A DNA stretch of 53,541 bases, counting the filler, from Streblomastix strix (taxonomy: Eukaryota), in NCBI GenBank assembly GCA_008636045.1. It is 2 parts of 2 records of this genome, joined end to end, with 100 filler letters (N's around TTAATTAATTAA, not from the genome) between each part and the next. Parts side by side here need not be neighbours in the genome. Positions count along the whole stretch, not along the records: positions 26,836 to 53,541 come from SNRW01000158.1; 1 more part is not named here. The stretch is one strand, 5' to 3'. Under the pieces are notes generated by a model. That model was not told the origin of the DNA and ran no database searches. It saw only the letters and a program-made list of their open reading frames with translations. Of the stretch, positions 27,438-38,511 are shown piece by piece. Within the stretch, counting starts at the first letter, position 1. Each line of letters starts with the position of its first letter. A program made the position numbers and the translations under genes.

Positions 27438-28083
27438 GGGTGGCCATTAAGAAAAACAAAAAAGAAAGGTATAAAAAATAGATAAATCTGGACTCACAAC
27501 AGGAGATCCAGTAGAAAAATTAGACGAAGTGTTGTTTTAAAAATGTAAAGTGGGTGAGAAGAGAGCCAGCAAGAGAAACTCCCCATAAACAAATGATGTG
27601 TAAGAGTAAAAACCAAAATAAATGACAACGTAGTTAAGCATAGAAGTACTCGGATCAAACAAAAAGATTAAAGTTAAATTAAAAAACGTTAATTAAACAA
27701 AATAAAATTAAATGTTAAAGTTAAAGCTGGTTAAAATGTTGAATAAAAATAGTTAAATGTTAAATAAAATGGCCATAAAAGTAAAAATATCTTCGCATTT
27801 AGTTTCAATTCTATCAGCGAAATGCGTGAGCATATCCTCCTATGAATGATTGCTGGCTTATCATGCCCACTTGCTTATTAGATACAATTGTCAACAGTTC
27901 ACCTACTTACTTGTCAATGTTGCATGATGGCATTTCCAGGAGATTGATAAAGATGATGTAATAAAGAAAGTATATGATACATAAAGTGCTGTGATTGATT
28001 CACAAACGCCACGAAGGGTTGGGACTAAAGTAAAAAACTATACTAATACATTTCGATAGTGTTTTAGACTGATAGGTGGGACC

Positions 28084-28119
28084 AAGGCGAAGTTGTTGTA
28101 TATTATTATACATCCTCTA
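28084..28119. repeat. ICR-like internal complementary region
   Basis: 35 of 36 bases are the reverse complement of the terminal extension 27334-27369, which lies outside the ITR. Confidence 0.8.
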
Positions 28120-28175
28120 GTTACCAATAGTCCCACTTTGGCAATTGAGGAGTATATATATTATATCCAACAACT

Positions 28176-29192
28176 TCACCTTTATTTAGTACTTGAAATT
28201 GGACTACATTCCACTTGACCACGAGTATCAGATAGTTTCGTTTCTATTTCATTATCTTTTAATCTCTCTGTAAATACATAGTACTCATTTGTTGATTTTG
28301 AATTTCTCGCATGTTTGGTATATGTGTATAATAACGTTTCGTCTAGACCCATTACTACTAGTTATGTTGCTGCTGAGTGTCTAAATGAATATACTTGTTT
28401 TCCTTTAATTCCCATCACATCTAGTAATTTTTTTAATCTAAGTGAGATTTGGCCTCTTTTGGCTGGTATAATTATGTCTTCGTTCCACAATAATGCTCCA
28501 TACTTATTATCTCTGATGGATCGACCATGTTTGTTATCAATTCTTTTCAACCAATCGAAAAATGTTGCTCTTGGACATATAGTTCGATCTCTAGTCTTTG
28601 GAAGTTTGTGTGAGTGAAGTCCAGACTTTGTTTTCGGCTGTAGTCGTAAGTCTACCTTATCAGTCTATTCGCAAATTACTGATTGTCTTAAAGACATTCC
28701 TTCTATTTCGGCTGGTCTCATTGAACAAATAGTCATAAGGTATGAAGTGTGTTTAGTCTACAGTTCAATATTTGTTAAATTTCGGTTCGATCCTTTTCCT
28801 CTCCAATAATCAAATAGTATTCCCATGTTCCATGTGTCTTCGTATTTCGGTTTAATAATTATGTGTGCTGAAATCGCATTCCTAGTAAATTGGAGCATGT
28901 GGTTATCCTTTAAATCTATGTCTAATGTGAGTGAGAGCATTGATGAGAATCCATTAAGAAACTGAAGTGCTGAGCTTGCTGAAGTGTTTACTGAAGTGAA
29001 TTAAGCTAGAACCTCTGTTATAATGATGTGTGGTTTCTTTGATAATAAATCAAATATTGTGTAATGATTGAACTAGGTCCATTTCTTGAGTTTTTGCAAT
29101 GCAGAATTGTATTTTATTTGGGAATTATATCTTTATCCATATAAAATCATGTCTATTGCTCCCTTGGATACGTCTTGTATCCTCAAAATCAT
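28176..29192 (-). CDS. DIRS tyrosine recombinase
   Basis: MRPAEI (Arg), QPKTK (Lys), CPRA, VYSFRHSAAT, YTKHARNS...EYY (Tyr); TGA at 28176. Confidence 0.85.
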
Positions 29193-31120
29193 TCTTGCGA
29201 ATATTCTCCCCTTCTTGACATTCGATCCATCTGGAAACTGCATATCTTCCTTGGATGAAGTTTCAAATTTTTCTTAATTAACGATGTTCCTGGTTCCAGA
29301 ATTTCGATGCTCCAGCCAAGCATAAGGGATTCAGCATACTCGTTTACCAGTTCTGTGTACCAAATCTGGCCTGGCCATAGAGGAGCTATTATCATTGCTT
29401 CGGTCTATTCCTCTCTGATCTTCTTCAGAACTGCTGGAAGGAGAGGGATACGAGGATGAATCCATGGAAGTTCCATCTTCCAAGTTTGATTTAGAGTGTC
29501 GATTGCTATTTCTCCGAGTCCTCTTATTGATGACATGAATCTTAGTAGGAGATTATTGAAGTGTTGTGAGAATAAATCTATTGTTGAGTTCAAGTTCATC
29601 TGAAGACATGTCTGTAGAAAAATCTTCTCTTTTAGTTTGTAGTCTCCTGCCCTTAAGAATCTGCTTAGTACGTCTGCTATTTCGTTTTTACCTCCTGGGA
29701 GGTGAGTAATCTGGATCTAAATTCCTAGCTTTTCTGTTGTATAGTGTACCTGTTTGATTTCTATTATTAACGATATTGATGCTCTCCATTTCCCAATGTC
29801 GAAAACTGCTGTACTATTGTCGCTTCTGATCGCTAGGGATTGAATTCGCAAAATCTTTAAGATTTTGGTGAAACTTCGTAGGCCTTAAGTTATAGTTTTG
29901 ATTTCCCTGTTGTTGCTTAATAACTTCACTTATCTTTTATTCTAAGTTCCATGAGCCATTGCTATCATTTCCAGTTGTCTCTCTAGTGTTAAACCCCAGC
30001 TACTAGGTGCTTCATCTGTTGTCATTGTCATTTGTGATGGTATCTGTATTAACTGAGCTGGAATGTTCGCCCTGAGTTTCGCAATCCACCAATTTATATC
30101 TGGAATTGCTGTCTTGTTCATTGTAATTGTTGTATTCCATCCTCTCAGTCTTGCAGCTTATGCTTTCTGATGGTCCATTGTGTTCAGGAAGAGTGAGGCT
30201 TCTTAGATTTATAGTTTAAGTAGTTTAGTTTTCCTATTAATTTCGCTGTTTATTTTACTGTTATTTCTGTTCCCGTCTTTATCCATCTTCTCATATTGAA
30301 TAGATCGTGTAGAAGAAGTAATCGCTTCTTCGGTTTCATTTTGACTGTTGCATTGGCTGGATTCCATTCCCATCTTAGAAATATTTCTATTTTACTCGGT
30401 TCTGTCTCGCTCTTTTCTGAGTTCATTGTGAATCCGAAGTATTTCAGTGTGTCTATTGCTCTCTAAGTCATGTTCTTCAGATACTCCTTGATCTGGTGAA
30501 GGAGAAGGATGTCGTCGACATAATTAATTATTCTAATCTCGGTTTTCATTCTTATTTGTTGCATTATTGGTTCCATAACTATTGCAAAGTATATTGGTGA
30601 GTGTTTGGTTCCGAATGGCATTGCTCTATATGTGTAGTAGTTGTTCTGGAATTCGAATGCTAGGTATGGTTGTGATTCTGTTTGGACTATTAGGTTGTGA
30701 AATGCGGAGGAGAGGTCCATTGAAGTGCCCCAATCCCCAAGTCTAATTGTTTGTTTCACCTTGTTCGAATCGTGCATCTTGAAGTGGAAGTCTGCTATCT
30801 ATTTATTCAAAGCTTTCGCAACGAGTATCTTTCTCCATTTCCCGTTTGCTTTCCTTATCATAAATGTCGGGTTTTATCATTTAATCTATTCCTTTTTGAT
30901 CGATACTGCAATGTTCTCTTTCAATTCTTCCTCTAACATTATCTTGTATTCTCCTGCTTCTTCTTCTGTTCCCCTAAATTTCATTATCTTTAACTAACTT
31001 TCTAGTTCGTTAATCCTCTGATTATCTTTAAATTGGAGGGTAAATCCTTACTGGATGAAAGCTTTCATATTAATAGTTTCCCACTGTTCCAAGTATCTCG
31101 CTGTTTATTCTCACATTTCT
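29189..31120 (-). pseudogene. DIRS pol: reverse transcriptase, RNase H and N6-adenine methyltransferase-like domain, disrupted
   Basis: RT: MDLSSAFH, YRAMPFGTKHSP, INYVDDILL. RNase H: TTDEAPSSWG, NNREI, RSDNSTAV, HLPGGKNEIADVLSR. MT: IDLFSQHFN, WIHPRIPLL, IIAPLWPGQIW. In-frame TGA at 30877-30879 and a frameshift near 30220. Confidence 0.88.
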
Positions 31121-31149
31121 GTCTGATATTTCTCTATTCTCCAGGTCGA

Positions 31150-34100
31150 TTTCACGGTTCTCAAGATTTCTGCCCTCCCTTCCTTCTTACTCTCCTTTTT
31201 ACTCAGTCCAACTAATCCGACTAGTCAGTCTCGGAGTCGGGCTCTATTTCTATCTAGTTTTCAGAGTTGAATCTTTGTTTCTGTTTCTTGGATCCTGCAC
31301 TGGTCTTGTTGCCTTTGGAGTGTTTTCCGGACTTGTCTTCAGTAACTGGGGCTACATCTGCCTTTTTTCTCTGGTTATACTAGGGTGTGAAGTGGTTAGA
31401 AGTGTTAGAGTTGGCTCTCGCTTCGGGACTCCCTAAGGACTTATTGGGTACTGACTTTTGTTAACCTGTTTTGCTTCTAGTATCATGGTCGTTGGTTGTT
31501 TATATCCTTTGTCTGGGTTCTACAACATTTCCTTTGACTTAACCTAATTCTGGAGGTGTGGTGATTAGAGGTTGTTAGCCTTTGCGTAATGAAATATTTT
31601 GATTTCTTAGTTCTTATTCGGAATGGGTTGTATGAGGTGATCCTATATCTCTTGGTTTATTATTTCCGTTATCTTGTTCATGTTGGGTTATGTTGTTGGA
31701 TCCTTAATTGTTTTGTTATCCTCCGGTTGTATTATCAGTCGTTTGCTCATTATTGCTTTCATTGCCAGTGTTATCGATTGCTTGATAGTTTTCATGTCCA
31801 TATTCGTTGGTTGCTGTTTGTAAATGCGTCTCGCAACCGTTTCCTCCGAGTCCATCCGATCCGTTTACATTGTGAGGTGGAGTGTTGGCAGATATTTTTG
31901 TGATATTGATCTTGGGATTCGCTTCTCCGTTGACAATGGCCTGTAACTGCATCCCGCTGCCATTCTTTCTGAGTCCATCGTTTCCGTTTGTGAAAAGCTT
32001 GGGTTTGATTACGTACTCAGATTAGTCATTGTCTTCATTGTCGTTTGTTCCTTCAGCTACGATTCTTTCTAATTCATTTGTTAATTGCTCTTGATCTTCG
32101 TTATCTGTTTGTGATTATACAATTTGTTATACTGTGAATGTAATTAAACCTGTTGTTGCTTCGGGTATTGATTGGTACATTTGGGGAGTATGTTAATGAA
32201 TCCAGCCACTCCATCACTGACGTTTAATAATCCTGGGATGTATGATCCCTTTCGTAAATTCGTCCACTCTTCAAGGTTGTCGGTTAGTCAAAGTCAAAAG
32301 GGGACTACGCCCTCGCGTATGTCCCCATTAAATTACTTCCATTGTTCTTCTGAGAGATTTAGGTCTTTAGCCCTGGGAATTGGTGTTGGGCGATAGTTCT
32401 TAGGTGGATAGAAGAAAAGCGGGCAATCCTTGTTTGAGAAATGTTTATGTTATCCTAGTAGCATAGTCTTGAGTTTTTTCTTCTCTTCTTCATTAATTGG
32501 TTTCTTTATTTCATGGAATCTTTCAATTACTTCCATTAGTCCTGCATATTGTTGTAATTTCGGTTATTTTGGTTCTGGTTCCTTTTCCTTATATCCTCGT
32601 GGATCTCCGGGAGAAATTTATCATAGTTTAGATAATGTTTCTTCTAATGAAGGTGATAGTGAGTATTGTTGAGGGTGTGGTGAAAAAGATTTATGAGATG
32701 TATTGTGCAATGGACTTATGTAATATAAGACTATGTTATAATTTGCATGAGTGATCTGGTCAGATTGTATAAGTGAAATGGAGTTTTTTAGCTCTGAACG
32801 CCTTTCTATTTAGTTTTCATTTACTTCTGGATTCTTTTCCATTTGTGATTGTTGTGGTTGGGATTGTTATTGGTTTTAGCCTATTGTTTCTTATCGAATT
32901 CGATCTATCTCTACTTCTCCGTTCGTCTGTGGCGTTCATCATCCTCCAACCAGTACTCATCACCAACGGTTCATGGAACTTCCGTGTTTCCTTTCCCTGT
33001 CCAATCTTCTTATATTTCCTAGCTGTTACTGCTGCCGCTACTGCTACTGCTACTGCTGCTGCTACTACTACTTTGTTTCTTCTTCACTTCTGCCTCAAGA
33101 AATGCCTCGTCTAATCTCGACCTTTTCATTTCTTTCCTATTATTTATTGCGTATTACGTCTCCTTTTCATATATTCTGATCGATTCATTTCTCCTGGACT
33201 TGTCATAAGAACTTTGAGACTTATATTCCTTTGACAGGTAGTGTGGTATATTGATTTACTCCAATGAAAAGCCTGCATCTGACCAAAACTCTCTCCAATC
33301 TCTAAATATGAAGGGTTTCTGTGTTTCCAGCTTGCTATGCCATTTCGAGTTCTTGTATTTGATCACACTACGGTCTTTTACCAAATTATATCCTCTGTTC
33401 TACTATGTTCTTTGTGCTGTCTCTATGTCAGTTCTGTGCGGTGGTAAATGTGGCATTGTTATTCCAGGTATTATTTCATCCAGAAATTCATCCTCATCAG
33501 ATTCATCAGCTCTCTTATGTGTTGGCGATATCGATCTTTAACTCTGTTTCTGTTAATTTCTCTCTGTTGTGTATAGTAGCAGTGGTATCCGAGAAGTTTG
33601 TAGCTGTGGATATGCCGGAATAGGTGGAATCAACATACTTTGTACATTCCGGACTGACGTTGTACTCAGTCGTGGTCTCTCGACTGTTTGCATTGCAGCT
33701 TGATCCATTTATTGACTCGGTTGAATTAAACCTTGTTAATCTCTTACAGTTTCATTGTTTGGTAATCGAGGTTCGTTAATTTATATTCATGTTTGGTTCA
33801 TCGTTGATAAAAACGGATTCAGTGGTAGGATAGCTGGGAACTGAACTGGTTAAATCGGGTATTGCCTTGGTTGTCCAAAGTATTGGAAGGGGTATTATGG
33901 TGGCTGTTATAACTATATCTATTGTTGAGGGTGCTGGTTGTTAAAGGGATTGAGTGGTGCGTATGGTTTCAGGCTCTACTGTTGTAATTGACTCAGTAGT
34001 GGTAAAAACGCAGTCAGTTGGGTTTCTGGTGTATGTTTTCTCGCTAGATCCCGAGCCCATTCTGGTGGCATTATCTCCGGCTTGCTCTTAATCATGTCTA

Positions 34101-34887
34101 TAACTTGTCGCGCGGTCAGCCTCTTCAGTTCTTAGTCAAATTCTCCTGTAAAGCCTGCAATTCCTGTTAATAATGTGTCTACCGATACCGGATGTATTCA
34201 TTCGTTTTCGAGTAGTGTTCACAGCGATCTCAGCATATAATTATTATACCCTGGACGTTTTACTGGTGATAGTTACGTTTTTAGTAAGTTCCCTTGTTCT
34301 GTCGTGTCCATCAGCGCCCATGACATGTTTACCTTGTAAGTCATGTCTTATATGTTTATAAACATGCACAAATTGAATTTCAGAGTTGCAATGCAGTCCC
34401 GTTTCATAATCTATGTTAGTATCCTTTGTAACTGTCTGTACTGTTGCAGCAATTTCTTTTCCAGATATGCGAGAACTTGATCAAAGACGAACATCGGTTG
34501 TGCTAGTGGATAATTATGTTTCGGTGGTTTTCTGCGCATCACCAAATCTGTGGCTACACTTGCGCGTTGTGCAGCTTCTACAACCTGCTCTTCTGACGGT
34601 TCTTCCGCGTAAAAATCAATCTGCGACGTTTCTTGTCCGGATAGCCCCGCCAAGAGTGTCCGTGCTGCTGTTATCGCGATTGGTGGTAACTCCTCTGGTG
34701 TTGCTATTGTTTAGTCAGGGTCCAATGGATCTATCTCCAAGTTCTGGCGGAACGCATTCACAAACGTCGGCTGAGGCTGCACAGTGGCCTGCAGTGGGTT
34801 TTGTGGTACAAAGTTAGCGTAATTCGGTGTCTAGTATGAGTTCCTGTTCGGCGGACATTTGCTTGCGAAACTGGTTTTGCGCGTCAT
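31150..34887 (-). pseudogene. DIRS 5' ORF region (gag-like and accessory, Q/P/S-rich), with several TGA stops and frameshifts
   Basis: ATG at 34887, 33 nt inside the ITR, is in frame with the 34411-34653 ORF. In-frame TGAs occur around 32290 and 32635. Confidence 0.55.
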
Positions 34888-34919
34888 CCTTTCTTTTGCA
34901 GTTTTTAATATGATCACGG

Positions 34920-34965
34920 CATTGTAAACATTGTTTGGGGAATGGCCAGAAGAATCACTTCAAAT
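34920..34965. repeat. DIRS inverted terminal repeat at the element 5' end
   Basis: Reverse complement of 27392-27437. Confidence 0.9.
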
Positions 34966-35938
34966 TATTTGATTCAATAGGTTCATTATCTAATTTTAAT
35001 TATATTTTCTTTAGGTTTTGACGTATCATCGATTATTTCACCAACTACGTTAGCAGGCATTAAATGCTTAGCAGAGCACAAACCTTCGGTTTCGCTTCGT
35101 TCTAGACATATCTTTGGCATTGTCTAAATGCGATTAGCGGCATAATCAACTAATTGCAATCTTATTTTATCATCATGTGTTAGCTCTCTATGTTTAATCA
35201 TAAACGTTTATTTTATAGTTTTTGATATTTTGATTTGGTTTCTTTCAATATCATTTATTATTTTCTTTATTTTAAATTATTTAAATGGACTTACACCATA
35301 TACTAAAGAATTTGATAGAAAATTGTTCAAAATTGAATATTTTGATAATTCATATGTTATCTAAATTAATATTGATATTAAAACATATAAAGAAGGAAAA
35401 AGATTTTTAAAAAATTAACATAAACATAATAGAAAAAGTTATTGTTATAAGCTAATGGAGGAGGCATGAACGAAAGAAAAATTGCATAAAATAACCTTAA
35501 AAAATAAACTGATGATGAAAATTTTGTATCTTATTAACCATAAGAGGATTAAAATGAAAGCTACGAAACATCAATAAGCGAGATTAAAGAAAAACCCATT
35601 AAAGAAATAAGTTAGAAAAATGTGTTGTTAAAAGATCAAAAACTCCATAAATTATTTAAACTAATCCTCAACTTGATTTAGAGGAACTAATCAGGTTGAG
35701 AACACGAAATTCAATTATTAAAAATTAACATTAAGATGCTGCTAAATAAATAGGGAAATATTACTAAAAAGTTAAACGGTATATGTAACCAAAATAGACA
35801 TTTGAAAAAGATTGCGTAATTGTATAAGTTTATGCTCCGAACGAATGCAAAGAGGAATCTACATAGTATGAAGAATATTATAAAGATATTAATTTTTGAA
35901 TTATATTATTTGATTATTTTTTGTTCTTATATTAAAAA

Positions 35939-36145
35939 ATGAATCAATATAATTTCAGTAATATTGAAGAAATTTATAGTGCAATGACAAATAAGTATTA
36001 CAAATTAAAAATATAATTAGGCCATCATTAATTTAAAATTTAAACTGATAGTATTGTTATTGAAGCAATGCAAAATGAATTAGACATAATATTTGAAATT
36101 ATAGTAAATTTTGATTTGACAATAAAGTTATCTAAATTATTTTGA
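35939..36145 (+). CDS. Small intronless hypothetical ORF (68 aa), possibly viral-derived
   Basis: ATG-TGA frame open under TAA/TAG=Gln, within a cluster of tightly packed short intronless ORFs (34980-36145). Confidence 0.3.
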
Positions 36146-36196
36146 ATTATTATTTTTGCTCCTTATTTAAATATCAATAAAAAGTAAGTATTATTT

Positions 36197-36573
36197 AAAT
36201 CATTTGACATTCCAGATTCATTCATTTAATATTCAATTTCTGCATTACTTTAATTGATTTTGCATTGTGAAGAGTCAATTAGAAATATTCCACATGGATT
36301 CATCATCAGAATTGATCCAAAGAAGTATAAACCAACAAATATAGAATCAATAAACAAATTAAGCAGATATATTTTTCCTCCTCTGCAAAATGAGTATATT
36401 ATTCCTGCAATACCAACAGCCAAATGCTAAATCGAATTAATCAGTCTTATTATAGTCAAGAGGCTAAATCCATATTTTGGATAATATGCAACAAAGAATA
36501 ATATGAAGTTCTCAATGCCGAAGATGAACTGGATGATGCAAAATACTAAGTAAGTTTTGTACAAAAAATCCAT
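36197..36573 (-). pseudogene. 3'-truncated duplicate (N-terminal part only) of the multi-pass membrane gene at 47554-48797
   Basis: Near-identical to 48420-48797 (IIQFIFGIENFILF.VAYYPKYGF...MMNPCGIFLIDSSQCKIN). Homology stops at ~36197. Confidence 0.75.
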
Positions 36574-37318
36574 ATTATAATAGTGATGCTCACTGAATAC
36601 TAAATAGAAAAATATATAATTTTATTAAATATAACTAAAAATCAAAAATGTCAATTTTATTAAGGAAAACTTATTGTTAATTTAGGAATGTGATGTGAAT
36701 TTTTATTTCGATAGAAGTAATTTTCTTTTCGGTTTTTAAGGTCAACAAAAATTAAATTGAATAAGTGCCTAGTATTTTTGTTATGAAAGGATATAAATTT
36801 ACTTAAAAATATTGTTATTGTAATAAAATAAGAGTTCCTTATTATGTAAAAATAAAAAAAAGTCGAATATCAACCAAATATAATTATTTTTTTTTCATTT
36901 AAATAAAATAAAATTATCAATTGAATTTATTAGGAATAGAAAAGTTATTATTATGTTTAATACATTCTTATTATTTTATCTCGTTTTGCAAGTTTAATTG
37001 TTTTTCACACATTATAAAAGTAGAATATTCTCATATAAAAACATTAATAACACCAGAAAATACCATATTTTAACCAAATTATTTTCTATATAACGAGATA
37101 TTTCGATATTATTTTAAAAACGCTCGGTTTCGCGATATATGTGCAATATTTATATTCATGGGCGTTTTTTTCGTATATTATACAAGATACAATATTTAAT
37201 TTTAATTAAAAATAATATAATTTATTTCTTTTTTTTTCATAGATATTTGAATGATAGATTCAATTGCATCGTTGGGAGTATTGATCATGTCATCGTATAC
37301 AAATTTGTTTGCGTTTAA

Positions 37319-37852
37319 TAAGAATGTATCGATATAATTATCAAATATAGTGTTCCAACTAAAATAATGAGATTTACAATCCCAGCAATGATTCATAATG
37401 TGTAATTCGAAAAGAAACTAAAAATCATTCCATTAGATATTTAAGCTGACGCTGAATTAAAATTAATAAAAATTCCAATATTATTTCATAGTTCATTATT
37501 AAATTCATTGTTAATATTTGATGATATTGGAAGTAATGCTGATATATAAAGATTCTCTTCAGGATTGTCAAAGACAATAACTCATTTAGTTTCTGATTCC
37601 CGTCACAGTAAAAATACTATTTTCTTTGTTGCTTAACGACCAAGTTACTTATTCAAAATTGCAAGAATATTATCACATGTTATGTGTTTAGGAGATAATC
37701 TATCAGAAAGTGATTTTAATCAAGCTTACGAAGAGAATTCTTTTTAGAATCTTGACTTTGATGAGTTTAAGTTACTGTATGGAACTCTTAATAAATATGA
37801 ATTCATAATACTTTATAAATGGTCTACCCAGTTTCTGATAATTAAATAATGA
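37319..37852 (+). pseudogene. A32/FtsK-HerA-type viral DNA-packaging ATPase, N-terminally truncated (no Walker A)
   Basis: NSLLIFDDIG (Walker B), LVSDSRHSK (Arg finger), TIFFVAQRPSYL (conserved Gln encoded by TAA), ..IARIL; TGA 37850-37852. Confidence 0.8.
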
Positions 37853-37890
37853 AAACTTTATTTAAAAAATAATTATTTTTCGATCCAAAA

Positions 37891-38456
37891 ATGGAAGAAA
37901 TTAATAATTGGTAAGTGTTAGTAGTTGATAATGATTATGAAATATTAACTGAATCACCGTATACAATACGAAAAATCTCAAATGGCTTTATTCCTATCAT
38001 ATCAATTGATAAGAGGTATGATTATTAATATGTTTCTCTAAATTGTGTAAAATTTTAATATCATCGTGTTATAGTAATTTAATTCATTCCTAATCCTTTA
38101 AATTTACCAGATATTGATCATAAAATCATTATCGAGCGGATAATCGATTAGAAAATTTACGATGGGTAACTCCAAAAGAGAATAATACAAATAAATCAAT
38201 CTATGAATATATAGATGAATTACTTGCAGGATCTTAAATATTAAATTAATATAATGAATCAATTCTTGAAGGTTACTGTTTTAACTAAGATTTTAAAGTA
38301 TATTTCCATAATGGGCTAAAATATAGAAAGTTATAGATGTTCATTAAAAAGAATAAATATTAATATGTTTGTGTTCAAGATATTAACGAAAAACCGGTAG
38401 TTATATATATTGATAAGCTGCGTAATGGAAATTATAAAACAAAATATTAAAGGTGA
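37891..38456 (+). pseudogene. HNH endonuclease (HNH_3 / phage homing type) with a 1-nt frameshift near 38125
   Basis: YHRVIVIQFIPNPLNLPDIDHK/[N]HYRADNRLENLRWVTPKEN. Confidence 0.82.
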
Positions 38457-38511
38457 TACTAAAGAATCAATGATAATATGTATGATTATATTTATTTTTC
38501 CTTATTCAAAT

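Larger units (their letters stand above)
27334..34965 (-). mobile_element. DIRS-type tyrosine-recombinase retrotransposon, degenerate
   Basis: 46-bp perfect ITRs, ICR-like internal complement, and gag-like ORFs > RT/RNase H/MT > YR order. GC content is higher than host genes. Confidence 0.92.

Noticed and set aside
27803..27817. Hammerhead-like CTGATAGA..GAAA on the DIRS sense strand
   Set aside because: The core deviates from CUGANGA and the three-stem topology cannot be formed.
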